DNA from: Acidobacteriota bacterium
GTDB lineage: Bacteria > Acidobacteriota > UBA6911
DNA length: 64,000 nt
Assembly: GCA_963664705.1 (NCBI GenBank)
Contig: OY761556.1
Coordinates: 3,072,001 to 3,136,000 of the forward strand
Direction: 5' to 3'
The notes beneath the pieces are model-generated. The model saw only the letters and a list, made by a program, of their open reading frames with translations, was not told the origin of the DNA and did not search any database. Shown here one piece after another: positions 18,369 through 28,087 of this stretch (positions within the stretch are counted from its first letter, which is position 1; each line of letters opens with the position of its first letter). The translations under genes were made by a program, and so were the position numbers.

Positions 18369-19091
18369 CTATGCCTTGCCCATAGCCTGAGCTGCTTCCA
18401 TAATTGCGGTAGGATGCCGCGGGTAGGTTCCACAGCAGCAGATATTGCCGGCGAGAGCCTGTTTGCAGTCATTCTCGGTCGGATTGGGATTCTTCTGCAG
18501 CAGAGCCTTGGCCGAAACGACGAAGCCCGGAGTGCAGTAGCCGCACTGCATCGCGTCCCACTTGCAGTAGGACTGGATGAGGGAGCGCCATTTGGGATCG
18601 GCGGCAATTCCTTCGACGGTCTCGATGGATTTGCCCTCGCATTCGACCGCCAGGGTCGAGCAGGAGAGGACGGTTCTGCCGTCAATGTTCACGGAGCAGG
18701 AACCGCATACGCCGCGGTCACACATCTGCTTGGCTCCGGTAAGACCGAGTTTGAACTGCAGAGTGCGCTGAAGGGTCCAGTGCGGCTCGATGAGGACTTC
18801 GTACTCCTTGCCGTTCACCTTGAGTTTGGTAGCAACAGGGAGCGCATATCCGGGATGTGCCTGGGCGAAGTGGGTTTTCAATCCGCCATACGTGTTAAAA
18901 TCTTTTGCGCAGACCGGGCACTTGAAGTTGGTGATGGTCGTGGGAGCTTCTGCGGCAGCCGCAGCAGCCGCTTCGGTGGACAGGGTAAGGCCTGCTCCCA
19001 GAGTGCTGCCGGCTACAACAGCGCCTGCACTTTTAAGAAAATTTCTTCGATTCAGTCCTGTTCCTTCGTTGATAATTGTTTCATCTGCCAT
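18369..19091 (-). CDS. (2Fe-2S) subunit with Tat signal and C2H2 zinc-finger-like insert
   Basis: NRRNFLK twin-Arg; CPVC-x12-H-x4-H; CDRGVCGSC, QCGYCTPG, CCCGTY. Confidence 0.92.
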   Translation of the reverse strand: MADETIINEGTGLNRRNFLKSAGAVVAGSTLGAGLTLSTEAAAAAAAEAPTTITNFKCPVCAKDFNTYGGLKTHFAQAHPGYALPVATKLKVNGKEYEVLIEPHWTLQRTLQFKLGLTGAKQMCDRGVCGSCSVNIDGRTVLSCSTLAVECEGKSIETVEGIAADPKWRSLIQSYCKWDAMQCGYCTPGFVVSAKALLQKNPNPTENDCKQALAGNICCCGTYPRHPTAIMEAAQAMGKA

Positions 19092-19426
19092 GGCAGGTCC
19101 TCCTTAAGATTATTTGCCATCGCGTATCTAAACGCATACGCAAAGGACAGCCAGCCGAACTTGGGTGGCCTGGGAAAATCAAACCGCATTTTTAGGAAAG
19201 TGAATGACGACGTACCGGCGTTTCTTAGTGCGTTCAGGTAAAGCCGGAGAACTTATAGCGTGGGATTCTATTCATATCAGGAGGAGAGTATGCAACACCA
19301 ATAAAGGCCGAAACAAGCATTTTCTGTCTATCCGACGCTTCCTCCAGGGACAGGATTCCATGTACATCAATTGCATAGGTACGAGAAAACGTGGCACCGA
19401 ACTCACAACCCACTCCAGGTTGCCAA

Positions 19427-20824
19427 GTGGGTGTAACTTCCTTTCTGTAAATTCAATTTAGTTTTTATCAAATCTGATTTGGTTTTGGGACCGGAGTGAA
19501 GGCGAGGGAACCGAGCCAAAACGAAGATCCCAAAACCAAGCAATAGCTTGTGTTGGGTGGGCCAAATCTGTTTTCCTATCCTTTGAATCGCCAAACTCAA
19601 TGGAAAGGAGACCGAAGTGGCCCACCAATCCGAATCTAACGTAGTGGATACCGTCGTTCAACTTCTTTGTGAATCCGGACTCTCCAAAATGGGGGAGGCC
19701 GTACGAATCATGCTCAATGAGGCAATGCGAATTGAGAGGTCGCGAGCAATTGAAGCCGAACCCTATCAGCGCACCGATCGACGGAAGGGTTATAGCAACG
19801 GTTTTAAACCCAAAACGCTGGACACGCGCCTTGGGGCGATCACATTTCAAGTGCCACAGACCCGTGGAGTGGAGTTTTATCCCTCGGCTCTGGAAAAAGG
19901 CATACGCAGCGAGCGGGCGCTTAAACTCGCTATCGCCGAGATGTATGTGCAAGGCGTGTCCACCCGCAAGGTCACCGAAGTGATGCGGCAGCTCTGCGGA
20001 CTCGATGTCTCCAGCACGCAGGTCAGTCGCGCGACTCAAGCCCTGGACGAAGAACTGAAGGCTTGGCGCCAGCGACCCATTGGCGAAATACCTTATCTGG
20101 TGCTGGACGCGCGATACGAAAAGGTTCGCCATGGCGGTTCAGTTGTTTCCTGCGCAGTTCTAATCGCGGTTGGCATCACTGCAAAGGGACATCGTAGCTT
20201 ATTGGGCGTGAGTGTCTCGTTGAGCGAGGCAGAGGTACATTGGCGTGAATTTCTCGGCAGCCTGCAGGATCGGGGCCTCCATGGAGTCAAGCTGATCGTC
20301 AGCGACGACCATTCTGGGCTCAAGGCAGCCGGTCAGGCCCGGTTTACAGGAGTTCCCTGGCAACGATGCCAGTTTCACTTGCAGCAGAATGCCGGCCACT
20401 ATGTACCTCGCATAGAAATGCGCAGCGATCTCGCGGCCGACTTGCGCGCTGTTTTTGACGCGCCGGACCGACCAGAAGCCGATCGCCGACTGGAAATGGC
20501 TGTACGCAAATATGAGAAATCTGCACCGAAGCTGGCTGCCTGGCTGTCCGCCAATATACCCGATGGCCTAACAGTGTTTATATTGCCGATTTCTCACCGT
20601 CGACGACTCCGGACATCGAATGTTCTGGAGCGGCTCAATAAAGAAATCAAGCGCCGTACACGTGTCGCGACTTTGTTCCCCAATGAGGCATCATTGTTGC
20701 GGCTTGTCAGTGCAGTACTGATGGAAATCAGTGAAGAATGGGAGACTGAAAAGATTTACTTAACCATGGAAAGCAGCGGCCTAATCACACAGGAATGAAT
20801 TTACAGAAAAAAAGTTGCTTCGCC
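19427..20824 (+). mobile_element. IS256-family insertion sequence, 1398 bp, intact
   Basis: Imperfect terminal IRs sharing AACTT..TTTCTGTAAATTCA; 8-bp target duplication GTTGCCAA at 19419-26 and 20825-32. Confidence 0.92.
19617..20798 (+). CDS. IS256 (mutator) transposase
   Basis: MYVQGVSTRKV, LDARYEKVR, SDDHSGL, WQRCQFH, RTSNVLERLNKEIKRRT. Confidence 0.95.
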   Translation: MAHQSESNVVDTVVQLLCESGLSKMGEAVRIMLNEAMRIERSRAIEAEPYQRTDRRKGYSNGFKPKTLDTRLGAITFQVPQTRGVEFYPSALEKGIRSERALKLAIAEMYVQGVSTRKVTEVMRQLCGLDVSSTQVSRATQALDEELKAWRQRPIGEIPYLVLDARYEKVRHGGSVVSCAVLIAVGITAKGHRSLLGVSVSLSEAEVHWREFLGSLQDRGLHGVKLIVSDDHSGLKAAGQARFTGVPWQRCQFHLQQNAGHYVPRIEMRSDLAADLRAVFDAPDRPEADRRLEMAVRKYEKSAPKLAAWLSANIPDGLTVFILPISHRRRLRTSNVLERLNKEIKRRTRVATLFPNEASLLRLVSAVLMEISEEWETEKIYLTMESSGLITQE

Positions 20825-20854
20825 GTTGCCAATGCTCCTTTGGCCTACAAAACA

Positions 20855-21352
20855 CTAAAGACTGAATTTCCTCAATCCCTTCGAACCAAGTAAAAGCCAC
20901 AATCCAAGCCCCAGCTTGACCACGCCTTGAACCAAGGGAACGAAGGAGAGAGTCCAGTTTACATTTCGATTTATTGTACGAATAGCGGAGCTAAGGGCGA
21001 ACAGGCCGCACAGTGGGGCTATGGAATCGACAACCATGAGAATCCCTAGTGCTGAGAATACAATACTTTGGATAAGCTGCGGAGTTATACCCGAAGCGTT
21101 TTCGGGCAACGGCGTTTGCGGAGATTTGGCTGCAATTCGACCGGCAAGGAGCCAGTTATTAGCAGTGAGCCACAAAACAACGCTAAGCAGTAACAGTCCT
21201 GCGGTAGGAACAAACAATAAAATCATCGAATAATTCAGCATGGTGAAAGCAGGTCGAATCGATAGCGGGAATTGCAGTGAACTTAGACTAACAATGAATG
21301 CATATATACTGAGAATTTTGCAGGCAACCTCCATGGTTTCGTGCTTGTTCAT
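20855..21352 (-). CDS. Hypothetical four-TM membrane protein
   Basis: GGAGG RBS; four hydrophobic segments. Confidence 0.7.
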   Translation of the reverse strand: MNKHETMEVACKILSIYAFIVSLSSLQFPLSIRPAFTMLNYSMILLFVPTAGLLLLSVVLWLTANNWLLAGRIAAKSPQTPLPENASGITPQLIQSIVFSALGILMVVDSIAPLCGLFALSSAIRTINRNVNWTLSFVPLVQGVVKLGLGLWLLLGSKGLRKFSL

Positions 21353-21499
21353 TAGATCCTCCTCGACCCGTTAACTGCTATTGATGGCAAATCCGAAGCT
21401 GGTTTATTCCCAAAATTGTTGACTATTGTACCGGAGGATCAACATGTCAGTCCACACTGTAGACTGAATCGCTTTTCCATTCGCCAGGAAATAGGATTG

Positions 21500-21609
21500 T
21501 TGATAACGAGGTGAATCGGGGGGGAGGCCTGTGAGATTCGCCCCCAAGAGTGTTACCTATGTTTCCGGAATGGACCCTTTGGCAGGTGGTCGGGGCGAAA
21601 GGATTCGAA
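21500..21609. repeat. Second IS481-end remnant fused to a duplicated tRNA-Pro 3' end (att-like)
   Basis: TGATAACGAGGTGAATCGG...GTGTTACCTATGT.TCCGG.ATGGACCCTTTGGC.GG-TGGTCGGGGCGA.AGGATTCGAA, repeated at about 23193-23333. Confidence 0.8.
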
Positions 21610-21944
21610 TTCTACGCCCATGCGTTCAGCTCACTTCGCAGATGTTCACAAGTAGCCCATAAACAAAGATCTTGAGCTCTCTTTCCTGCATTGTCCGAAC
21701 TTCGCCTATCACTGCCAAACAGGCTTGAACTTTGACCCGTTATTACACACGCTCTACACACGGATTGACCTTTATCAGAGCCTTTCATTTATCAGGCAAT
21801 ATCCAGAAATTGTTCAGCAGCATATATAAAAGCAATCCACCAATGTCACAATTTTCTGAGAGAACGCAGCACATTTGTAGATAATCGGATAGCTCGGTAG
21901 CAAACAGCGATCCCGTCATTCGTCACGAATACAAGAGGAGAGTC

Positions 21945-22994
21945 ATGTCCATGCATCTACGATTGCACGTTGCGGTCTTCGTATTAGCAATAGTGATTGG
22001 AGGAACTGGCCTGTTGGGCCAGCGCAGAGAACAGACCTTCTTCCCGGACAAAAGCGGGATCATAGAAGCTATAAAAATCGATCGCAACTCAGGCGAGGGA
22101 TGGCATCTCTCTGTTGCTGAACAAAAGGCTTTTTATGGCCATCTTGCTGAGTTGCATGAATTGTTCTTGGCGCAACCAGTTTTCAAGCCACCGAAGGGAT
22201 TTATGATCTCCGGCTATGCGCGCGCAGAAGACAAGTATGCCCGTACTGGAACTCCCGTCCGTGGGTCTAGCAGGCTGCGCTATATTCCCTACATACTTCA
22301 GAATGACTATAATACAGGCAAGCCCCCGGCCGGTAAGGAACCCTTTTCGTTCATATACCTCGAAGAGGATGTGTATCTTCATGTCAATGATCCAACTGCA
22401 GCTCTTGGGAGTTACGAGGCGGGTCCATTTTTTCCATCTGCGACAACACCGGTACTTTTCCAACCACACAAGATTGGAGAGCGTGACGGATTTCCCATCT
22501 ATGCGACGAGCGAGGGAAACTATGTCTCACCACTCCTCGTGATGACGCGATCCGCGAAATCGGTGTGGGTCCCGCTCAGCCAGGAAGGGTTTCTCAATAT
22601 CTTAATCAAACACCATCAGGCACGACGCGCAGCCAAAGACTCTGATTACAGGTCTGAGGAGCCGATTGTAAATATGCAAGCGGCACTGGCGAAAATGTCG
22701 CCGCAAGAGAAGCAGCGACAGGCGTTCTATCTTGAGCACTACGATTATAGTCCGCCCCTTGCCGCACCAGGCACACCGAGGGCTCAGCCCTTGGTCATAC
22801 CAAACCCTGAATTGTTCGATCCATCATTGCCGCGGACGGCGGTCCAACTTATCATTGTGCAGTTTCACGCAGCTTGGAACCTCAAGGATCCACAACCTGA
22901 ACAGTTCGGGAATTTCATGAACGTACGCCAGGCACAGACGCTGGACACCTCCAATTGGCAAGCAATCAGCGCTATTCTGGACGAACGCCCTTGA
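21945..22994 (+). CDS. Secreted hypothetical protein
   Basis: AGGAG RBS, N-terminal signal peptide, 349 aa. Confidence 0.75.
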   Translation: MSMHLRLHVAVFVLAIVIGGTGLLGQRREQTFFPDKSGIIEAIKIDRNSGEGWHLSVAEQKAFYGHLAELHELFLAQPVFKPPKGFMISGYARAEDKYARTGTPVRGSSRLRYIPYILQNDYNTGKPPAGKEPFSFIYLEEDVYLHVNDPTAALGSYEAGPFFPSATTPVLFQPHKIGERDGFPIYATSEGNYVSPLLVMTRSAKSVWVPLSQEGFLNILIKHHQARRAAKDSDYRSEEPIVNMQAALAKMSPQEKQRQAFYLEHYDYSPPLAAPGTPRAQPLVIPNPELFDPSLPRTAVQLIIVQFHAAWNLKDPQPEQFGNFMNVRQAQTLDTSNWQAISAILDERP

Positions 22995-23101
22995 TTGAAT
23001 GCACTTGGATTGCCTTTTACTAGCCAGGCAGATCGCATTGGACAAAACCTTATAGAAAGCGAATACACCAAAGTTAAAGGCAATGCCGGCAAAAGGTCTT
23101 T

Positions 23102-23300
23102 GGCAGAGTCTTTGCAGATTAATACGTCGGTATCAGAGAGGTCGAAAACGATATCCTGCTCGTAAATTTTATGGATTATGATCCAGGATTTTTTGATAAC
23201 GAGGTGAATCGGGTGGAGCCTGTAGGCGAAAATCCATTCGCCCCAAAAGTGTTACCCATGTCTCCGGTATGAAGTGTTACCTATGTGTCCGGGATGGACC
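23102..23300 (+). pseudogene. IS481-family transposase C-terminal remnant and terminal repeat
   Basis: [54 protein letters not shown]; tandem GTGTTACC(C/T)ATGT end motifs. Confidence 0.7.
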
Positions 23301-23309
23301 CTTTGGCGG

Positions 23310-23387
<78 letters not shown>

Positions 23388-23501
23388 ACAAGAACGCAAA
23401 TCCTAGCGCAATTTGCCCCAGCAATCAAGTTCGATCGGGCATTCCGATGAAAAAACCGGATATTCCCGCCCGTTTCCAACCCCGAGGCGTGATGAAACCC
23501 C

Positions 23502-24263
23502 TTATTTCCCTTTGATTCGGAAAAAAGTTTCCGCTTCGCGCATCAGGGATTGAGCTGCCGTATAGTCGGTCTGATCACGCTGCAGCGGCGTGATCGAGAC
23601 ATAATTCTCCACGATTGCCTGGCGATCCGAAACAAACTCGATCTTCGGATTCTGTGCGGGGCTGAACGGTAAACCATCCAGGTCGCCCTTAAAATCCAAC
23701 GCATTGAAATGCGGCGTATGCTCGGAACACCCTTGCCGCGTTATCCTGGTCCCCTTGATCCGGCGCGCCGGCGGAAAATTCACGTTCAGGCAGATCTCGC
23801 CAACTATGCCATTATGAAGCAGCGCGGCAACCAGGTCGCGCATGTACTCTGCCCCTTCTTTAAACCGGATCGGCTTCTCCGTATAGGCCTGGGATACGGC
23901 TATCGCGGGAATACCGTGAGCGGAGGCCTCCCGCGCGGCGGCCACAGTGCCTGAGTACATGATATCGTCCCCCAGGTTGGCCCCGTGGTTGATCCCGGAA
24001 ATGACAAGGTCCGGGAATTGAACAAACAGATGCCGCAGCGCGTATATCACGCAATCCGCAGGCGTCCCATTCAATACATAGTGATTCGGCCTGATTTCCT
24101 GAAGATTGAGGGGAGAGCGAAGCGTCAGCCCGTGACTGACGGCGCTGCGCTCCTGGTCAGGAGCAACGACGATAATATGGGCAAGCCCGTTCAAGGCAGC
24201 CTCAAGGGTCTTTATCCCTTCGGCCTCAATCCCATCATCGTTGGTAAGAAGAATGACTTTCAC
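23502..24263 (-). CDS. surE: 5'/3'-nucleotidase SurE
   Basis: ILLTNDDG, GTPADC, SGINHGANLG..YSGTV; GTG start at 24263 (the longer ORF overlaps the tRNA). Confidence 0.93.
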   Translation of the reverse strand: MKVILLTNDDGIEAEGIKTLEAALNGLAHIIVVAPDQERSAVSHGLTLRSPLNLQEIRPNHYVLNGTPADCVIYALRHLFVQFPDLVISGINHGANLGDDIMYSGTVAAAREASAHGIPAIAVSQAYTEKPIRFKEGAEYMRDLVAALLHNGIVGEICLNVNFPPARRIKGTRITRQGCSEHTPHFNALDFKGDLDGLPFSPAQNPKIEFVSDRQAIVENYVSITPLQRDQTDYTAAQSLMREAETFFRIKGK

Positions 24264-24278
24264 AGTGTAGATAGAGAA

Positions 24279-24355
24279 TGGTCGGGACGAGTGGATTTGA
24301 ACCACCGACCACACGCACCCCAAGCGTGTGCGCTACCAGGCTGCGCTACGTCCCG
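24279..24355 (-). tRNA. tRNA-Pro (GGG)
   Basis: Cloverleaf CGGGACG..TT-GGG-GT..GTTCAAATC..CCA. Confidence 0.97.
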
Positions 24356-24373
24356 ACGCAGGATCGAACAGTA

Positions 24374-24742
24374 TCATTCGCGGTCCAGCAAAGTCAATAT
24401 GTTCTCAAGCTCAGCTTTCACCTTCTTGAGCCGATCGGAGGGTTCCGCAGGCGCAGGCGGAGGCAGTTCCGGAACCGCTTCCTGAACCGGTTCCTCTATT
24501 TTATGCGCGCTCAAGTATTTGCGCGCACCCGCGATCGTGAAGCCCTCCTCATACAGGAGCTTTTTTATCCGCAGCAGCAACTCAATATCTTTCGGGCGAT
24601 ACGTTCGTTGACCTGACTTGCTTTTCGGGGGAGAAAGCGCCGAAAACTCCGTCTCCCAGAAACGCAGGACATGCGCTTCTACTCCGACGATTTCGCAGAC
24701 TTCCCTTATTTTGTAATAAAGCTTCTTGGGGACAAACGTCAT
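24374..24742 (-). CDS. MerR-family regulator
   Basis: YYKIREV..HVLRFWE.EF..QRTYR..EGFTIAGA; ihf-merR-tRNAPro-surE synteny. Confidence 0.9.
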   Translation of the reverse strand: MTFVPKKLYYKIREVCEIVGVEAHVLRFWETEFSALSPPKSKSGQRTYRPKDIELLLRIKKLLYEEGFTIAGARKYLSAHKIEEPVQEAVPELPPPAPAEPSDRLKKVKAELENILTLLDRE

Positions 24743-24745
24743 CGG

Positions 24746-25015
24746 TTAAACCGTTTTCAAATTCTTTGAAAGCTTGAACTTGATCGAATTCCGGCCGGGA
24801 ATCAGCATCGCCTCACCTGTTTGCGGGTTTACTCCCTTCTTGTCTTTCCGCCGCATCAACGTAAAACACCCGAATCCGCTGAGCAGAACCTTTTCCCCAC
24901 GCACCAGCCGTTCCTTGATCGTTTCCAGAATAAGGTCCACGATCTTCTGTGCTTCCGCATAAGAAAGACCGCCGTGAGCCTCGTAGACCCTTTTGCTGAT
25001 ATCGTTTTTGTTCAT
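24746..25015 (-). CDS. HU/IHF family DNA-binding protein
   Basis: LSGFG.F..GVNPQTGE..IP. Confidence 0.9.
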   Translation of the reverse strand: MNKNDISKRVYEAHGGLSYAEAQKIVDLILETIKERLVRGEKVLLSGFGCFTLMRRKDKKGVNPQTGEAMLIPGRNSIKFKLSKNLKTV

Positions 25016-25063
25016 CTGCCACTGTCGATGCCCCTCGGCATCGAATTTACGGATTCGTCGCGC

Positions 25064-26395
25064 TTACTTCCGTGGAGGCTTCAGCCGCTGCTGAATGCGA
25101 ATCGGCGTCGCGAAAAATCCGAAATGCTCCCGCAATTTGTTTGCGAGATATCTCTCGGTGGAAAAATGCAAGCGGTCCCGCCCCGTCGTAAAAATGACAA
25201 ACGTCGGAGGGTTCGATCTCGCCTGTGTTATATAGCGAATCCCAAGCCTCTGGTTGGGATCCTGCGCAGAAAACGTTTCTGCTGTATCGGGGACAAACAG
25301 ATTATTCAGCGTGCCGGTCGGGATCCTCACGTTGCGGGCTTCATACGCCTGGCGAATGACATCAAACAGCTTGGAAACGCGCTGCCCGGTCACAGCCGAA
25401 ACAGTCAAAATCGGGGCATACGAAAGGTACTTCATGCGCCGGTGAATATCCTCGGTATAAGTTTCGAGCGTGTGGGTGTCCTTCTCGACAAGGTCCCATT
25501 TGTTCAGCACAATAATGACAGAGCAGCCGGACTCCGCGGCATAGCCGCCAATGCCGGCATCGAGCTTTGTCACGCCTTCCTCGGCATCCAGCAGCAGGAG
25601 CGCTACATCGGCTTTATCCAGGCTTTTTTGTGCCATGACCACGCTGACCTTCTCGGTCCGCCCTTCAGTCTTCCCTTTGCGGCGGATTCCAGCAGTATCG
25701 ATAATCCGGAATCGCGTCCCTTCCCGAACCAAGAGCGTATCCACAGCGTCGCGCGTGGTTCCCGCGACATTGGTTACAATCGATCGTTCAAATCCCAGGA
25801 GGCGATTGACCAGCGAAGATTTGCCGACGTTGGGCCGGCCGACAACCGCGACGCCAATTTCCTCCGCAGGTTCAGCCTCCTCATCCACCGCGGAGGACGC
25901 AAATCCGGACGCGCGCTCGGCCAGGGCATCCAGCAGATCCGCGGTACCGATTCCGTGCTCGGCTGAAATCCCATACACCTGCTCCATGCCGAATTCATGG
26001 AACGCAGCAGTATGGCTTTCCCAGGAAGAGGAATCGATTTTGTTAACGACAGTCCAGACCGGTTTCCCTGTTTTCCGCATCATCGGCAGGAGCTGCTCAT
26101 CCAGGGGAGTGATTCCCGCCTTGCCGTCCACCACCATCAGGATGAGATGGGATTCCGAGATCGCCGCGGCCACCTGATTCAGTATCTTCTCAGGGATAAG
26201 CTCATTGGCATCGGGAATCATCCCTCCGGTATCGAGCACCGAGATCTGTCTGTTATTCCAACGCACGGAACCGTAAATACGATCCCGGGTAATGCCGGCC
26301 TCGTCGCCGACAATAGCTTTTCTCGTTCCGCACAACCGGTTAAAAAGCGTCGATTTGCCGACATTGGGCCGGCCTATAATAGCTACTTGAAACAT
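25064..26395 (-). CDS. der: Ribosome biogenesis GTPase Der
   Basis: Two GRPNVGKS G-domains. Confidence 0.96.
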   Translation of the reverse strand: MFQVAIIGRPNVGKSTLFNRLCGTRKAIVGDEAGITRDRIYGSVRWNNRQISVLDTGGMIPDANELIPEKILNQVAAAISESHLILMVVDGKAGITPLDEQLLPMMRKTGKPVWTVVNKIDSSSWESHTAAFHEFGMEQVYGISAEHGIGTADLLDALAERASGFASSAVDEEAEPAEEIGVAVVGRPNVGKSSLVNRLLGFERSIVTNVAGTTRDAVDTLLVREGTRFRIIDTAGIRRKGKTEGRTEKVSVVMAQKSLDKADVALLLLDAEEGVTKLDAGIGGYAAESGCSVIIVLNKWDLVEKDTHTLETYTEDIHRRMKYLSYAPILTVSAVTGQRVSKLFDVIRQAYEARNVRIPTGTLNNLFVPDTAETFSAQDPNQRLGIRYITQARSNPPTFVIFTTGRDRLHFSTERYLANKLREHFGFFATPIRIQQRLKPPRK

Positions 26396-26548
26396 ATTAA
26401 CCTTCTAGTAAATACAAATACCCCGAACAATATACCTAAATTTGCGAGACTTGGCGCCTAGTTTCTTTTGCGGGGCATTCTGCGCCTGATTGGAGCGCCA
26501 AACCACGACCTCCAGGTTTAAGCCTTTTGAGCCTTCAGCTGGGAAAAG

Positions 26549-27433
26549 TTAAGGTTTAACTGGAACTACCAGAGGGAAAGCCTTATTCCTTAGGCTAATT
26601 TCGACAGGGAGACCACCCGCAAGTTCGCCATCCACCTGCACCAGTACATCGGCACCGCCCCGAATGCTCAATGTCCGTGCCCGCAATCGATGCGTCCAGC
26701 TATGCCTGGCCGCTTTTCCAAACCAGGCCTGAATCAGGAAAAAACCCAGGGCAAGTCTACGCCGTCCTTCCAGAATCAGGATGTCCACCAGACCATCGGT
26801 CATATCCGCATCGGGACAGAAAAGGAGTCCTCCGCCATAGCTTCTGGCATTGCACACCAGACAGCTCGTTGCGGGATAAGTCCGCCCCTCGACCAGTACC
26901 TGGAACTCAGGAAATGAATAGCTGCGCAGGCCGGAGGCGATCGCCGCCGCATAGGCAGCCATGCCGATCTTTTTCTTCAGTGCAGGATTCACCCCGGCTA
27001 CAACAAAAGCATCGAAACCGATGCCGGCCACGAACAAAGAGCGCTTCGCCCCACCGTTCAGCTCGCACAAATCCACATTTCGGACACTACCTCCCAGGGC
27101 AGTCGTCAGCGCATGCACGGGATTCAATGGCACCCGCAATTCCCGGGCAACCACGTTGGCCGTTCCGGCCGGCAGGATTGCGACAGGGAAAGGAGGCTGC
27201 GGCAAACGGCAGGCAACCTCGTTGATTGTCCCGTCCCCTCCGCAAATGCCCACAAGATCCGGGGGCGAGAGGGTCAATTCTTCCGCTATCGAACCGGCAT
27301 GCTCCGGCCTTTGCGTTTCACGTATTTCGACCTTCCAGTCCCTGCGATCCCAGTTCCGGACGTGGTTCCGGATAGACTGATAGGCACGGCCTCCGCCGGC
27401 AACAGGATTGGCAATAATAACCAGTCTCTTCAT
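26549..27433 (-). CDS. Diacylglycerol/lipid kinase family protein
   Basis: NPVAG, GGDGT, PAGTAN, DGE. Confidence 0.92.
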   Translation of the reverse strand: MKRLVIIANPVAGGGRAYQSIRNHVRNWDRRDWKVEIRETQRPEHAGSIAEELTLSPPDLVGICGGDGTINEVACRLPQPPFPVAILPAGTANVVARELRVPLNPVHALTTALGGSVRNVDLCELNGGAKRSLFVAGIGFDAFVVAGVNPALKKKIGMAAYAAAIASGLRSYSFPEFQVLVEGRTYPATSCLVCNARSYGGGLLFCPDADMTDGLVDILILEGRRRLALGFFLIQAWFGKAARHSWTHRLRARTLSIRGGADVLVQVDGELAGGLPVEISLRNKAFPLVVPVKP

Positions 27434-27453
27434 TCGGATATATTCAATGCGGA

Positions 27454-28008
27454 TTACCTGATGGAAATCAGAAGACCGCCGCTTGCTTCGAACAGGTTGA
27501 TGGATCCGGAAAACGCGCTGGCATTGTAGCCGCGCACGTCAAAACGCAGCCCAAGAGGCCCAGCCAGCTTCGGAAACTTCAATCCGCCGCCATAATTGAA
27601 CGCAAACCTTGTCCCAACCGGCAGGTCGGAATCGCCATACTGGTGAAGGACGCCCACGCCGGCGGTAAGGTAAGGGACCACTTTGTGAACAGGGACATCA
27701 ATGATCAAGTTACTGTTGTAGACAAATCCTTTCGCCTCCTTAATTGCCGTGCGAGGGGGAAAGAGGTAATCGGAACTGAACGCCAGGGTATGCTCCACGC
27801 CGAGCTTTGGAACAATATTGGTGCGAAGCCGGGCGCCGATCACGGGACCGCTGTCGAGAGCGGTTTTTACGTTGTTATAGCTGATCGTGCCGGGACGAAC
27901 GCCGCCGGCGAAAAGGGTCAGGTCCGCCGATGAAAGCGGGACGGCAAAGAAAACGGCCACGGCAACTGCAGCGAGCAAAAAACGTGCAAACATAAGCGCC
28001 TCCGGCAT
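27454..28008 (-). CDS. Small outer-membrane beta-barrel protein
   Basis: Signal peptide, VPYLTAGVG, FNYGGGLK. Confidence 0.75.
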   Translation of the reverse strand: MPEALMFARFLLAAVAVAVFFAVPLSSADLTLFAGGVRPGTISYNNVKTALDSGPVIGARLRTNIVPKLGVEHTLAFSSDYLFPPRTAIKEAKGFVYNSNLIIDVPVHKVVPYLTAGVGVLHQYGDSDLPVGTRFAFNYGGGLKFPKLAGPLGLRFDVRGYNASAFSGSINLFEASGGLLISIR

Positions 28009-28087
28009 GAACCTTGTGTACCCAATCGTTTTTTCAGAATCGAAGCAATCGAAATTGCCGGCTTCCCGCCGGCATGCAAATTGGCTT

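Noticed and set aside
13846-19091. Selenium-dependent molybdenum hydroxylase system
   Set aside because: No yqeB/yqeC-type accessory genes in the window; proximity to selD alone is insufficient
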